Positions 49,780-59,669 of a stretch of DNA of 64,000 nt are shown here, piece by piece. The position numbers and the translations under genes are program-made. Location of the stretch: the IMG/VR virus record IMGVR_UViG_3300047323_000675; one strand, written 5' to 3'. Source of the stretch: a virus. A model generated the notes under the pieces. That model had not been told where the DNA came from, made no database searches, and was given only the letters and a program-made list of their open reading frames with translations. Within the stretch, counting starts at the first letter, position 1; each line of letters begins with the position of its first letter.

Positions 49780-50775
49780 TTAAATTTTCAACTTCTTTTT
49801 ATCTATAGAATGTTTTTTATCAACTTCATTATTTAATTGGAAATACAAGAATTCTTTTTCTGTAATCTTTTCATTATTAACCCAATATTCAATATCTCCA
49901 TTTTCATATATAACAGCCGGTCCTGTAAGCCTATGCTTATTGCCTTTAAAATACCATTCTTTTTTATCTCCTGGAATATAAACTGCTGCTTCATCATTGG
50001 GGTTATGAAGAACGCTTTCACAATACCACTTATATCCGCCATCTTTAAAAATCATTGCTGGAGCATTATCTCTATGAATATATCCTTTGTTATACCAAAA
50101 TTTATCGCCATTTGCGAAAATAATTGCAGGCTTGTCATTATCTCTATGAATTTCACCATTTTGATACCAATATTCTGAACCATGTTTATCTATAACAGCA
50201 GGCTTATCTCCATCTCTATGGTATTTATCATTTATATACCATTCCTTAGCTCCATTATCATTTATAATAGCAGGTAAATCATTATCTCTATGAATTTTTC
50301 CATGTTTATACCAAATTTGCTCTCCGTCAGGATCAATAATTGCAGGAAGATCATTTTCTCTATGTTCTTTACCATTTATTACCCAAGCTTGAACTCCATC
50401 TGAATGAATAACAGCAGGTTTATCACCATCTCTATGAACATCACCATTTTTATACCACATTAATTTACCATCTTCTTTGATAACTGCTGGCTCATCACCA
50501 TCTCTATGAAGCTCTCCATCTTTATACCATTCTTGTTTACCATTTTTATAACTAACTGCTGCTTCAGTTAAACAATGTAATTGACCTTCAAAATACCATT
50601 TAGTAAATTCACGACTAATAATAGCTGGTCCATCAACTCTATGTAACCTTCCATGTTTGTACCACTCTTGTCTGCCATCTTTACTAATAATAGCTGGACC
50701 ATCTTCACGATGATGTAAACCATTTAATAGCCAATGTTCAATTCCATTCTGATTAATATATTCTATTTTATCCAT
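49780..50775 (-). CDS. HRxDGPA repeat protein with tail
   Basis: About 12 repeats of 22-23 aa; tail KKKLKI. Confidence 0.85.
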   Translation of the reverse strand: MDKIEYINQNGIEHWLLNGLHHREDGPAIISKDGRQEWYKHGRLHRVDGPAIISREFTKWYFEGQLHCLTEAAVSYKNGKQEWYKDGELHRDGDEPAVIKEDGKLMWYKNGDVHRDGDKPAVIHSDGVQAWVINGKEHRENDLPAIIDPDGEQIWYKHGKIHRDNDLPAIINDNGAKEWYINDKYHRDGDKPAVIDKHGSEYWYQNGEIHRDNDKPAIIFANGDKFWYNKGYIHRDNAPAMIFKDGGYKWYCESVLHNPNDEAAVYIPGDKKEWYFKGNKHRLTGPAVIYENGDIEYWVNNEKITEKEFLYFQLNNEVDKKHSIDKKKLKI

Positions 50776-50776
50776 T

Positions 50777-51226
50777 TTAAACCTTTAACTTCTTTTTTCC
50801 AAATTCATCGTTTGTAGTTAACTCAATATTTAATTCATTATTTAATTTAAATCTATTAAATTCATGCTCGGTATATTCAATGCCATCAATGTACCATGAT
50901 AATTTACCTCTTGGATGAATTATTGCAGGGCCATCTATTCTGTGTGGTATACCATTTTTGAACCATTCTTGCATAGCACCATTTTGCATAATTAAAGCCG
51001 GACCATTTTCCCTATGTAAATCCCCCTTTTGATACCATCCTTGATTACCATCTTTGAAAACTACAGCAGGTAAGTCATTATCTCGATGTAATTTCCCTTT
51101 TTGATACCATTGTTCTGTTCCATTTTTAGTAATGACAGCAGGCAAATCATTATCTCTATGAAGTAATCCATTTTTATACCAAACTTGACTACCGTTCTCG
51201 TCTATTTCCATTATTTCATCAGCCAT
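50777..51226 (-). CDS. HRxDGPA repeat protein with tail
   Basis: LHRDNDLPA repeats; tail KKKLKV. Confidence 0.85.
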   Translation of the reverse strand: MADEIMEIDENGSQVWYKNGLLHRDNDLPAVITKNGTEQWYQKGKLHRDNDLPAVVFKDGNQGWYQKGDLHRENGPALIMQNGAMQEWFKNGIPHRIDGPAIIHPRGKLSWYIDGIEYTEHEFNRFKLNNELNIELTTNDEFGKKKLKV

Positions 51227-51234
51227 AATAATCC

Positions 51235-51837
51235 TTATATCTTTATTTTCTTTTTAACTGAAGCACTATTGATATTTAAATCTTTTGTTAATTTTTTATG
51301 CAATTTGATTGCATTAAATTCTTGTTCAGAATACTGAACTCCCCGAATCCAATATTCTTTACTACCATCAGCTTTAGTAATAGCTGGTCCATTTAAGCGA
51401 TGTCTTTTACCACGAAGCCACCATTCTTCACATTTATTTGCATGAATAATAGCTGGTTTACCTTTTCTATGATATTGCCCATTAACTGCCCATACTGTTC
51501 TTGCTCCACGAACATACATTGCTGGCTCGCCATTAGGATTATGTAATGAACCATCTTTATACCATGCATAAGAACCATCTTTTTCAATTTCTGCGGGTCC
51601 ATTATCTCTATGTTTTAAACCGTTTTTGAACCAATTTTTAGCACCATCAGCAAATATGATTGCAGGCTCATCATTATCTCTATGAAGTAATCCATTTCTA
51701 TACCATTTTTTTAAACCACCAACATAAATTTCAGCAGGACCATCTTCCCGATGAGATCTACCATTAACTTTCCAAAATTGATTACCTAAAAGATCTTGTT
51801 CATATATTGGTTCTTGCTTCTCTACTTTTTCATTCAT
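51235..51837 (-). CDS. HRxDGPA repeat protein with tail
   Basis: HREDGPA repeats; tail KKKIKI. Confidence 0.85.
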   Translation of the reverse strand: MNEKVEKQEPIYEQDLLGNQFWKVNGRSHREDGPAEIYVGGLKKWYRNGLLHRDNDEPAIIFADGAKNWFKNGLKHRDNGPAEIEKDGSYAWYKDGSLHNPNGEPAMYVRGARTVWAVNGQYHRKGKPAIIHANKCEEWWLRGKRHRLNGPAITKADGSKEYWIRGVQYSEQEFNAIKLHKKLTKDLNINSASVKKKIKI

Positions 51838-52598
51838 ATTTTAACTTTTTTAATTATATTTTTTTTATTATTTAAATCTTCAAATTCTAATTCTTTTTCA
51901 AGCATATTTTTAATAATTTCATAAAAATTTTCTCTGGTATATTCTTTCCCATCAATCCAATACTCTGATTTTTGATTGTTAATCATTGCTGGACCATCTA
52001 AACGATGTAACTTGTTATATTTATACCATTTCTCATGACCATTATGAGTTATAACTGCTGGTTTGCCATCTCGATGACAAAATCCATTGTGATACCAATA
52101 TTTATCACCATTCGCATCTATAGTAGCAGGTAAATCGTTATCTCTATGCCATTCACCATTTTTATACCACTCTTGTGAACCATCTGCTTTAATTACTGCT
52201 GGTAAGTCATTATCTCGGTGAAGAAATCCATTTTTGTACCATTCTTTAGTTCCATCAGCTTTAATAATTGCAGGTAAATCATGATCTCTGTTTAATTGAC
52301 CATTTTGATACCATTTTTGTGTTCCATCATTATAAATGCCAGCAGGCATATCATTATTTCTATGGATTAATCCTCTAATTCTCCATTCTTTAGTGCCATT
52401 TGAGTCAATAACAGCAGGAAGATCATTATCTCTGTGAAGTAATCCTTGTTGATACCATAATTCAAGTCCACCAGGAATAATCCTCGCAGGTCCATCTTCA
52501 CGATGAAAGAAACCACCCGCTTTCCAAGTTTTAACTCCATTTTCTAATAATTCATAAACAGGATTTTCCCAATCTATATCGTCCCATTTTACTTTCAT
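51834..52598 (-). CDS. HRxDGPA repeat protein with tail
   Basis: LHRDNDLPA repeats; tail IKKVKI. Confidence 0.85.
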   Translation of the reverse strand: MKVKWDDIDWENPVYELLENGVKTWKAGGFFHREDGPARIIPGGLELWYQQGLLHRDNDLPAVIDSNGTKEWRIRGLIHRNNDMPAGIYNDGTQKWYQNGQLNRDHDLPAIIKADGTKEWYKNGFLHRDNDLPAVIKADGSQEWYKNGEWHRDNDLPATIDANGDKYWYHNGFCHRDGKPAVITHNGHEKWYKYNKLHRLDGPAMINNQKSEYWIDGKEYTRENFYEIIKNMLEKELEFEDLNNKKNIIKKVKI

Positions 52599-53020
52599 AA
52601 TTTCATTTTCTTTTTATTAATTATTTTTTCGGTAAGTTCTTTATTTAAGCTAATAGCATTAAACTCCTGTTCAGAAATTTTTATGCCATTAAGCCACCAA
52701 GATTTAAATCCTTCGTTTGTTATTACCGCAGGTCCGTCTTCACGATGATATTTTCCATTTAAAGCCCATATAGTTGAAGCCTCAGTATATGAAGCTGGCT
52801 CAGTTCCTTCTCTATGAATTTCTCCATTTTTATACCATGTGAACCACCCTTTAGGATGTGTCATTGCAGGACCATTTTCTCTATGTTTTTTTCCATTCAA
52901 ATACCATTGTTCAGTTCCATCTCTTCCAATGATAGCAGGGCCATCCTCACGATGAAGCTTTCCATTTAATCTCCAAAATATATTTCCTGCTTCTTCTTGT
53001 CTAATAGGATTTTGGCTCAT
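52595..53020 (-). CDS. HRxDGPA repeat protein with tail
   Basis: LHREDGPA repeats; tail KKKMKL. Confidence 0.85.
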   Translation of the reverse strand: MSQNPIRQEEAGNIFWRLNGKLHREDGPAIIGRDGTEQWYLNGKKHRENGPAMTHPKGWFTWYKNGEIHREGTEPASYTEASTIWALNGKYHREDGPAVITNEGFKSWWLNGIKISEQEFNAISLNKELTEKIINKKKMKL

Positions 53021-53152
53021 AATTTAAATTTTTAGGTGTTATTTTAAGATTATAAAACATTTTAGTATAATTCCAAATTATATAATCTGGCAATTAAATT
53101 TATTTTCAATAATTACATTTAAACGACATTATAATTTATTTTTAAAAATGCG

Positions 53153-53187
53153 TTGACTCATTTTAAAAAACGCCCTATATTTCCGCC
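53153..53187 (+). promoter_or_regulatory. sigma70 promoter with GC-rich discriminator
   Basis: TTGACT-N17-TATATT-TCCGCC; no sizeable + strand ORF until 53957. Confidence 0.6.
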
Positions 53188-53570
53188 TTCATGTTTTATG
53201 CGTCGATTAAAAAAGGAGTTATCTTACTCTTTTCATATTCACGATTGGAGCATTATAACCACCAAATAGCTTGATGTTGAGGCATGGATAAACAAAACTG
53301 ACAACCTATCTTGAAAAGATAGCCATTTATAGTAAAAGTTGGAGTATTGGTTAATAAGGATAAAAATCTGAAGGTAGTACAATGGGAGCACAGCACACTA
53401 TCACCGAAGCTAAATCTAGACCGGGCTGTGGGGTTTTTAAGTAACCTGAACTAGAAACTTGCGAAACTTAAAATTAGCAAGGCCGTATCTTGGGCAAACC
53501 TTGGCGTGCAAAGCAAAAGGAAAACTTTCTTGGTTTTTCTATAGGGAAAGCTTTGCCGTCCAAGGCATAT
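53188..53570 (+). ncRNA. Candidate structured non-coding RNA of unknown class
   Basis: Stems 53306-53322, CACAGC/GCTGTG (53389/53430), CTTGC/GCAAG (53458/53481), CCTTGG..GCAAAGC/GCTTTGC..CCAAGG (53499-53565); GC above background. Confidence 0.45.
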
Positions 53571-53642
53571 AAAAATCAATAATAAAGATCAATAGGTAAA
53601 TTTAAATATATTAAATAAAGTTAACTTTGAATTAAACTACAT

Positions 53643-53813
53643 TTAATTTCCTGAATAAACTTTTTGTAATGTATCAGTAGGAAAAATTTTACTTCTAAAA
53701 TCATTGCCATCATCCCAAATGCAATATATATCATCTTTTGATTTATTACTAACAGTCATTTTTGGACTGCCGCTTTTCAATTGAACAATATCTCCAATTT
53801 TTAACTCTCCCAA
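53643..53813 (-). CDS. YodC/DUF2158-like small protein (not in ORF track)
   Basis: TTG start with GGGAGA RBS; 56 aa MGELKIGDIVQLKSGSPKMTV..YCIW. Confidence 0.75.
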   Translation of the reverse strand: MGELKIGDIVQLKSGSPKMTVSNKSKDDIYCIWDDGNDFRSKIFPTDTLQKVYSGN

Positions 53814-53956
53814 AATATTCTCCCAAATTAATAATTTAACATTATGTAAAATTCATATAAAATCAAGAATTGTATATTCACCATAATAATTATTGAACAA
53901 AAAGCATTGTGTGTTTGATTAAAAATATTATAATTAAATTAAAACAAGAATAATTT

Positions 53957-55666
53957 ATGTCAGAACCAACACAATTTACCAATCAAGAAATATTAAATAG
54001 TACTTTATTATCAAGTATGGCTTATTTAGAAGATAGACTGATTCGTCATGGTGATACTCTTCAAAGAAGAACTATGTCAAAATTGGATATAATTACTTTT
54101 TTAAATGAAAATAAAATTTCTAAAGAAAGTATTAAAACTATTGAAGATTTTGATAAATGTGTGGATAAATGCCTTCAGAAAGTAATGTCCAATCCATCAT
54201 TTAAAAACATTGTTGCTCAGAAAACAGAATTTTATAGAAGTTTTCAAGAAGAGTTTGGTATTGTTGAGAACACTAATAAAACTGTTATCACTAAAATTGC
54301 TAGAAAAGATTCTATTTGGGAACTTAAAAAAATTGTTACCGAGAATTTAATTAAAGAATTAAAGCTTTTTGATATTAAATTTATTGATTATAGAAACAAT
54401 TTAGAAAAGCGAATAATCAAATCAGTTGTAAGTGGTAATGAAGAAAAAAGGATGATGTATAGAGATGTGAAGAATTTATGGGAAAAATTTTCACCAATAG
54501 ACTTTTCATTAGAACTACAAAAAAAGTATAAACTTTATGACCCAAAGAATGACAGCAATATTAAAGCTACCTTTTATAATGGCTATATAGATGCTGGTCA
54601 AGGAGGAAAGAAATATAAGGATGCTTCTTTACTTATGGGATATGTTAAAGAAAAAAATGAAGATGTTTTATATATCTCTTTTCGTGGAACTGAACAAAAA
54701 GTTAAATCTGCATTTAGATATTTTTTAGAAAATTATCCGAATATGGAAAGGCAGTATAATTATTTTGAACCAATTATTAAAGATGTTTTAAAAGAAGAGA
54801 TTAAGAAATATAAATTATCACATCCTAATAAAAAGTTAAAAGTTATTTTTACTGGACATAGTTTAGGGGCAGCACTAGCTGAGAAATCACTCGATAAATT
54901 TCATGATGATGAAAATACATCATTTAAGGGAATTTTTGTTTCAAATCCTGGTTCATTTCACTATGTTCAAAATATGGTGAATAAATTAGACCAAATTGAT
55001 TGCGATTTAGATAAAATAAAGAATTCCAATATAAAAAATGGTAAAACTAAATTTTTATCACTTGGAGCTACTGCAATGAAAAAAGCAATAAAAGTTGTAA
55101 AAATAGCAGTATTGGGAATAGTTGGAACTACAAGTTATATGGTAGGTGCTGTGGATATAAAAATAAAACAAATGAGCATAAAAGATGTAAATAGAGCAGA
55201 ATTATTTGCTGATATGTTTGAGCTTTCAACTCTATATACTGCAAAGATGTTAAATGTTGGATTCAGAGGTGCTTTTTCTAGTATAAGTTGGCTAATTAAA
55301 AAAGCAGTTTCTCCTGTGATTGATAAAAAAAGTGCAGATCCTAGAGCTTGCACTATTAATCATGAACAAGACAATATACCACATATAGGTAAAGCATTAT
55401 TCCAGAACCACAATCCACAAAGTGTTATATTAAATAGTCCATTACCAATTGAAGAAAATAAAAATATTGTCGCCAAAATTTTCCAAATTGATTATCATGG
55501 GCGTGAGGTTTACTATACTGAATTAAAGCGTAAATCGTTAGAAGGTGATTTATATAAACCGAAAGGAAGTACAGAAAAAGCACCTATAGTTGACAAGATT
55601 AAGAAACTGAGAGAGAATCTGGCAACTAATAAAGCAAAAGAGAAAACTAATGGTAAGAAAATATGA
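53957..55666 (+). CDS. Class 3 lipase (alpha/beta hydrolase) with N-terminal extension
   Basis: ISFRGTE lid motif, IFTGHSLGAAL nucleophile elbow, candidate Asp (HEQDNIP) and His (DYHG); ends NGKKI. Confidence 0.8.
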   Translation: MSEPTQFTNQEILNSTLLSSMAYLEDRLIRHGDTLQRRTMSKLDIITFLNENKISKESIKTIEDFDKCVDKCLQKVMSNPSFKNIVAQKTEFYRSFQEEFGIVENTNKTVITKIARKDSIWELKKIVTENLIKELKLFDIKFIDYRNNLEKRIIKSVVSGNEEKRMMYRDVKNLWEKFSPIDFSLELQKKYKLYDPKNDSNIKATFYNGYIDAGQGGKKYKDASLLMGYVKEKNEDVLYISFRGTEQKVKSAFRYFLENYPNMERQYNYFEPIIKDVLKEEIKKYKLSHPNKKLKVIFTGHSLGAALAEKSLDKFHDDENTSFKGIFVSNPGSFHYVQNMVNKLDQIDCDLDKIKNSNIKNGKTKFLSLGATAMKKAIKVVKIAVLGIVGTTSYMVGAVDIKIKQMSIKDVNRAELFADMFELSTLYTAKMLNVGFRGAFSSISWLIKKAVSPVIDKKSADPRACTINHEQDNIPHIGKALFQNHNPQSVILNSPLPIEENKNIVAKIFQIDYHGREVYYTELKRKSLEGDLYKPKGSTEKAPIVDKIKKLRENLATNKAKEKTNGKKI

Positions 55667-56318
55667 TCCTCAGGATGTCTTTGAGGAAATTAAAAACAAT
55701 TTTAAATCAATTGAAACTTTTGATAAGTTAGTGCAATCTTCAGCACTCTACTATCAAGAGTATGGCTTATTAGATGTTCTAAAGCTCTTTATTCCTAACA
55801 ACAATAACTATGATTGTTTAAATCAATGGACTACTGAAAAAGCTGAAACAGCAGCCAATGATGTTATTCGCGTCTTTATGGAACAAAGAATCTCTAATGC
55901 ATATCTTAAGGAAATCCAACAGGAAGGTATCTATTTGGCTTTCCAAACTAGAACTTCAGTATTTTTGAGCTATTCTGAATATATTGGAGAAGCATCTTAT
56001 ATAATCGGTAATGCGAGAAATAATGGTGTTAGTATTACTGCTGATGAGTGGCTTAGAGATTTCCCTTATGAGTTTCATGCAGCTTGGTATAACCGTACAG
56101 CAGTGTCGGAAGAAATCGCTATTTTGTTAAAAGAACCAGAAAATGAAATTTTAGCTCAAGCACTTTATGATGGTAAACAAAATTGGTTAGAAAATTTTAG
56201 ATACCCAGAAATTGACAATTGGAGTCCTACTAGTAAATTTATTGAAGTTTTTCAATGGGATGATACTGAAGATGAAAAACAACAGTTAACAAAAGAATTT
56301 AGAAAAAATTATAACTGA
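55650..56318 (+). CDS. Hypothetical protein coupled to lipase gene
   Basis: Overlaps the lipase 3' end by 17 nt; shared terminator. Confidence 0.6.
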   Translation: MVRKYDPQDVFEEIKNNFKSIETFDKLVQSSALYYQEYGLLDVLKLFIPNNNNYDCLNQWTTEKAETAANDVIRVFMEQRISNAYLKEIQQEGIYLAFQTRTSVFLSYSEYIGEASYIIGNARNNGVSITADEWLRDFPYEFHAAWYNRTAVSEEIAILLKEPENEILAQALYDGKQNWLENFRYPEIDNWSPTSKFIEVFQWDDTEDEKQQLTKEFRKNYN

Positions 56319-56324
56319 ATACTT

Positions 56325-56350
56325 ATAGCCCAACTACGGGCTATATTTTT
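56325..56350 (+). terminator. Intrinsic terminator
   Basis: ATAGCCC-aactac-GGGCTAT plus T tract. Confidence 0.7.
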
Positions 56351-56379
56351 AATTTATTTTTAAAATCCTAATTTTTCAT

Positions 56380-57021
56380 TCATAATTTCAATTTCTTTTT
56401 ACTAGAATTATTTATATCTAATTCTTTTTGTAGCATTGAATAATTAAATTCTTGTTCGGTGATTTTTTTTCCATCTAACCACCATTCTTTTCTACCATCT
56501 CTATAAACTACAGCAGGACCATCTTCACGATGTATTTTTCCATCAACTGCCCATGTTTGTTTGTCTTTTCCTACAGTAGCAGGTTTTCCGCCATCTCTAT
56601 GATGTAACCCATTTTTGTACCATTTCATAGCACCATTAGCTTTTATAGTAGCAGGTAAATCACCATCTCTATGCAAGACTCCATTTTTATACCATTGTTT
56701 AACTTTTGGGTTAATCACAGCAGGTAAGTCTCCATCTCTATGAAGTTTTCCATGTACATACCACTCTTGCATTAAACTTGATAATTGTCTTGCTGGAAGG
56801 CCATTATCCCTATGTTTAACTCCATTAAGCCACCATTCTTTTAAACCATGTGTGTATACTTTTGCAGGAAGATCTCCGTCACGATGGTACTTCCCATTGA
56901 TAGCCCACTTTTTATTTCCATGAGCTAGTTCTACCGCAGGGCCATCTTCACGATGAAGTTGGCCATTAACTTTCCAATACTTATTTCCTTTAACATCTAT
57001 TTCTGTAGGTTCCATGCTCAT
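56380..57021 (-). CDS. HRxDGPA repeat protein with tail
   Basis: LHRDGDLPA repeats; tail KKKLKL. Confidence 0.85.
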   Translation of the reverse strand: MSMEPTEIDVKGNKYWKVNGQLHREDGPAVELAHGNKKWAINGKYHRDGDLPAKVYTHGLKEWWLNGVKHRDNGLPARQLSSLMQEWYVHGKLHRDGDLPAVINPKVKQWYKNGVLHRDGDLPATIKANGAMKWYKNGLHHRDGGKPATVGKDKQTWAVDGKIHREDGPAVVYRDGRKEWWLDGKKITEQEFNYSMLQKELDINNSSKKKLKL

Positions 57022-57668
57022 AATTTTAATTTTCTATTTAATTTTTCAGAATTAATTTCTAAAACTTGTTCTAGTTTATAATGATTTACCTCTTGTTCTG
57101 AGCTAACTTTTCCATGAAGCCACCACTCTATTCCACCATCAGACCAAATTACTGCTGGTCCATCTTCTCTATGATATTCATCATTTAGTGCCCAAACTGT
57201 TTTAGTCTTTCCAACGAATGCAGGCTTTCCACCATCACGATGTAATTTACCATTTTTATACCATTTTTGACTACCTTTATGAGTAATACTAGCAGCCTGA
57301 TCATTATCTCTATGTAATAATCCGTGTTTGTACCATTTTTGATCGCCTTTTTTATTAATTGATGCAGGTAAATCTGTCTCTCTATGCAGTTGACCATTTT
57401 GGTACCATTCTTTTCTCCCATTATGTGAAACTATAGCGGGTAAATCACTATCTCTATGAAGTAAACCATTCTTATACCATTCTTGATGACCATCTTTGAA
57501 ATTAATAGCTGGCTCATCATTATATGAATGCAATTCCCCATTTTTATAATAATACTCTACATAACTAGAGATTACTGCTGGACCATCTTCACGATGAAGT
57601 TTGCCATCTACTTTCCAACATTTATTTCCTTTCGCATCTATCTCTGTAGGATTTGAATCATCTCTCAT
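57018..57668 (-). CDS. HRxDGPA repeat protein with tail
   Basis: LHREDGPA repeats; tail NRKLKL. Confidence 0.85.
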   Translation of the reverse strand: MRDDSNPTEIDAKGNKCWKVDGKLHREDGPAVISSYVEYYYKNGELHSYNDEPAINFKDGHQEWYKNGLLHRDSDLPAIVSHNGRKEWYQNGQLHRETDLPASINKKGDQKWYKHGLLHRDNDQAASITHKGSQKWYKNGKLHRDGGKPAFVGKTKTVWALNDEYHREDGPAVIWSDGGIEWWLHGKVSSEQEVNHYKLEQVLEINSEKLNRKLKL

Positions 57669-57680
57669 AACTATTCACTC

Positions 57681-58259
57681 TTATATTTTCAATTTCTTTT
57701 TATTATTATCATTTATGCATAATTCTTTTGCTAATTCATTATTAAATTTTAAAATTTTTATTTCTTCTTCATTAAGTTTTACACCATTGATCCACCACTC
57801 TTCATATGCTCCACTGATGACCGCTGGTCCATCAAATCTATGTTTATTTCCGTTAATATACCAAGCTTGATATGGGTGTTTATTGTCAGGTTCAACAACA
57901 GCCGGGCCATCTTCACGATGCAACAATCCATGCTGCATCCACTTCTCATTACCATATTTATCTTTAATAGCTGGACCATCTTCACGATGGGGAACTCCAT
58001 AAGTATACCAAGATTCTTTTCCGTTTTCTATAATAGCTGGTCCATTAATACGATGTAGTTCTCCCTCAAAATACCATTTTTGGTATTCATTTCCATTAAT
58101 GACAGCCGGACCATCTATTCTATGTCTTTTTCCATATTTAAACCATTGTTCTGTTCCGTCAAGATCAATAGTAGCTGGTCCATCTTCTCTATGAAATTTA
58201 TCATCAAGTAACCATATTTGACGATTAAATCGATCTAAGCTTTTTATTGGCTGATTCAT
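57681..58259 (-). CDS. HRxDGPA repeat protein with tail
   Basis: HRIDGPA repeats; tail KKKLKI. Confidence 0.85.
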   Translation of the reverse strand: MNQPIKSLDRFNRQIWLLDDKFHREDGPATIDLDGTEQWFKYGKRHRIDGPAVINGNEYQKWYFEGELHRINGPAIIENGKESWYTYGVPHREDGPAIKDKYGNEKWMQHGLLHREDGPAVVEPDNKHPYQAWYINGNKHRFDGPAVISGAYEEWWINGVKLNEEEIKILKFNNELAKELCINDNNKKKLKI

Positions 58260-58627
58260 ATTTTTAATTTTTTTGTACCTTTTTCATTAAAGGTTAACTC
58301 TTTTTGTAATATAATAAAATTAAATTCTTGTTCGGAATATTTAACACCATCAATCCACCATTCTTTTAAATTTAATCCATTTACCTCATCTTCTACAGCA
58401 GGACCATCTTCTCTATGAGCTTTTCCATGTTTAAACCAAACTTTTTTACCGCAATGTGTTTCCATCGCGGGACCATCATCTCTATGTTGTAATCCATTTA
58501 TATACCACACTTTAGTTCCTGATTTTGCTTCAATTGCAGGACCATTTTCTCTATGAAGCTTTCCATCAACTTCCCAAAATTTACATCCGTCAGAATCAAT
58601 TCTTGTAGGTTTATCATTGTTATTCAT
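58256..58627 (-). CDS. HRxDGPA repeat protein with tail
   Basis: LHRENGPA repeats; tail TKKLKI. Confidence 0.85.
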   Translation of the reverse strand: MNNNDKPTRIDSDGCKFWEVDGKLHRENGPAIEAKSGTKVWYINGLQHRDDGPAMETHCGKKVWFKHGKAHREDGPAVEDEVNGLNLKEWWIDGVKYSEQEFNFIILQKELTFNEKGTKKLKI

Positions 58628-59292
58628 AATTTAATTTTCTTCTTAGTAAATTCATCGTTCACGGATAGCTTGTTTCTTAATTCTTCATTTAGTTTTATTG
58701 CATTAAATTCTTTTTCTGATAGTTGTTTACCATTTAACCACCATTCATTTTCACCATTTGTTCGTATAACTGCTGGCCCATTATCTCTATGAAATTCACC
58801 TTCAACAACCCATGCTATATATTTATCTTTTTTATAAATTGCAGGTTTGGTTATATCAGGATTATGAATTTTATCATCGGTGTACCATTGATATGAACCA
58901 TCAGGATATTCTTCAGCCGGTCCATCTACACGATGTTTTTTACCATTTATATACCATATTTTAATGCCATTAGCTTTGAGATTTGAAGCTTCAATAGCTG
59001 GTCCATCATCTCTATGTAGAACTCCATATTTATACCATCTTTCGCTTCCATTAGAATCAATACTTGCAGGATCATTATCCCTATGTAATTTACCATCTTG
59101 ATACCAATGCATTTCACCATTTACATCAATAATTGCAGGTTGATCATTATCTCTATGAATTTTATCATTTTTAAACCATATTTCTTTGCCGTTTGCTTCA
59201 ATTACGGCAGGCCCATCTTCACGGTGAAGTTTACCATCTACTTCCCATAATTGGCTACCATTTTCATCAATATTTGTAGGTCTTGAACTCAT
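58624..59292 (-). CDS. HRxDGPA repeat protein with tail
   Basis: LHREDGPA repeats; tail KKKIKL. Confidence 0.85.
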   Translation of the reverse strand: MSSRPTNIDENGSQLWEVDGKLHREDGPAVIEANGKEIWFKNDKIHRDNDQPAIIDVNGEMHWYQDGKLHRDNDPASIDSNGSERWYKYGVLHRDDGPAIEASNLKANGIKIWYINGKKHRVDGPAEEYPDGSYQWYTDDKIHNPDITKPAIYKKDKYIAWVVEGEFHRDNGPAVIRTNGENEWWLNGKQLSEKEFNAIKLNEELRNKLSVNDEFTKKKIKL

Positions 59293-59416
59293 ATTTATAA
59301 TTTAAATATACTGTTTAAATTATAAAAAAATTATGATTAAAAAACAAATAAATATAGATAATTACTTATAAAATTATTTATTTTTAAAGAAAATTATGGT
59401 AAATCAAAAGAAATAG

Positions 59417-59609
59417 ATGATATACAAACTATTTTAATTGGCAGGCATGCAAACAGACTAATGATCAAAAATACTACAGCTTTGAACAAGAAATTTTTAG
59501 AAAAGCCTGGAATAGTGGAACTATTTATAAACAAAACAATATTATAAATTATGATCCAATCGATCATATAGTATTATCTAATGAACAGATTAAAAATGTA
59601 AATTTATAG
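59417..59609 (+). pseudogene. Possible frameshifted small gene
   Basis: ATG frame stops at codon 7; removing one T from CTATTTTAAT gives a continuous 63-aa ORF followed by a hairpin and T tract. Confidence 0.25.
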
Positions 59610-59669
59610 AGCCTACATTGAGTCGGCTTTATTTTTTTGTATAATAAAGATAATTATATTGGAGTATCA

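Noticed and set aside
53188-53570. tmRNA, RNase P RNA, tRNA or group II intron
   Set aside because: No tRNA-like ends, GAGGAAAGUCC motif or domain V hallmark found by eye; left as unclassified RNA.
49253-58792. Alternative-frame and antisense ORFs within HRxDGPA genes
   Set aside because: They stay open because of the repeat's codon pattern; no independent starts or signals.
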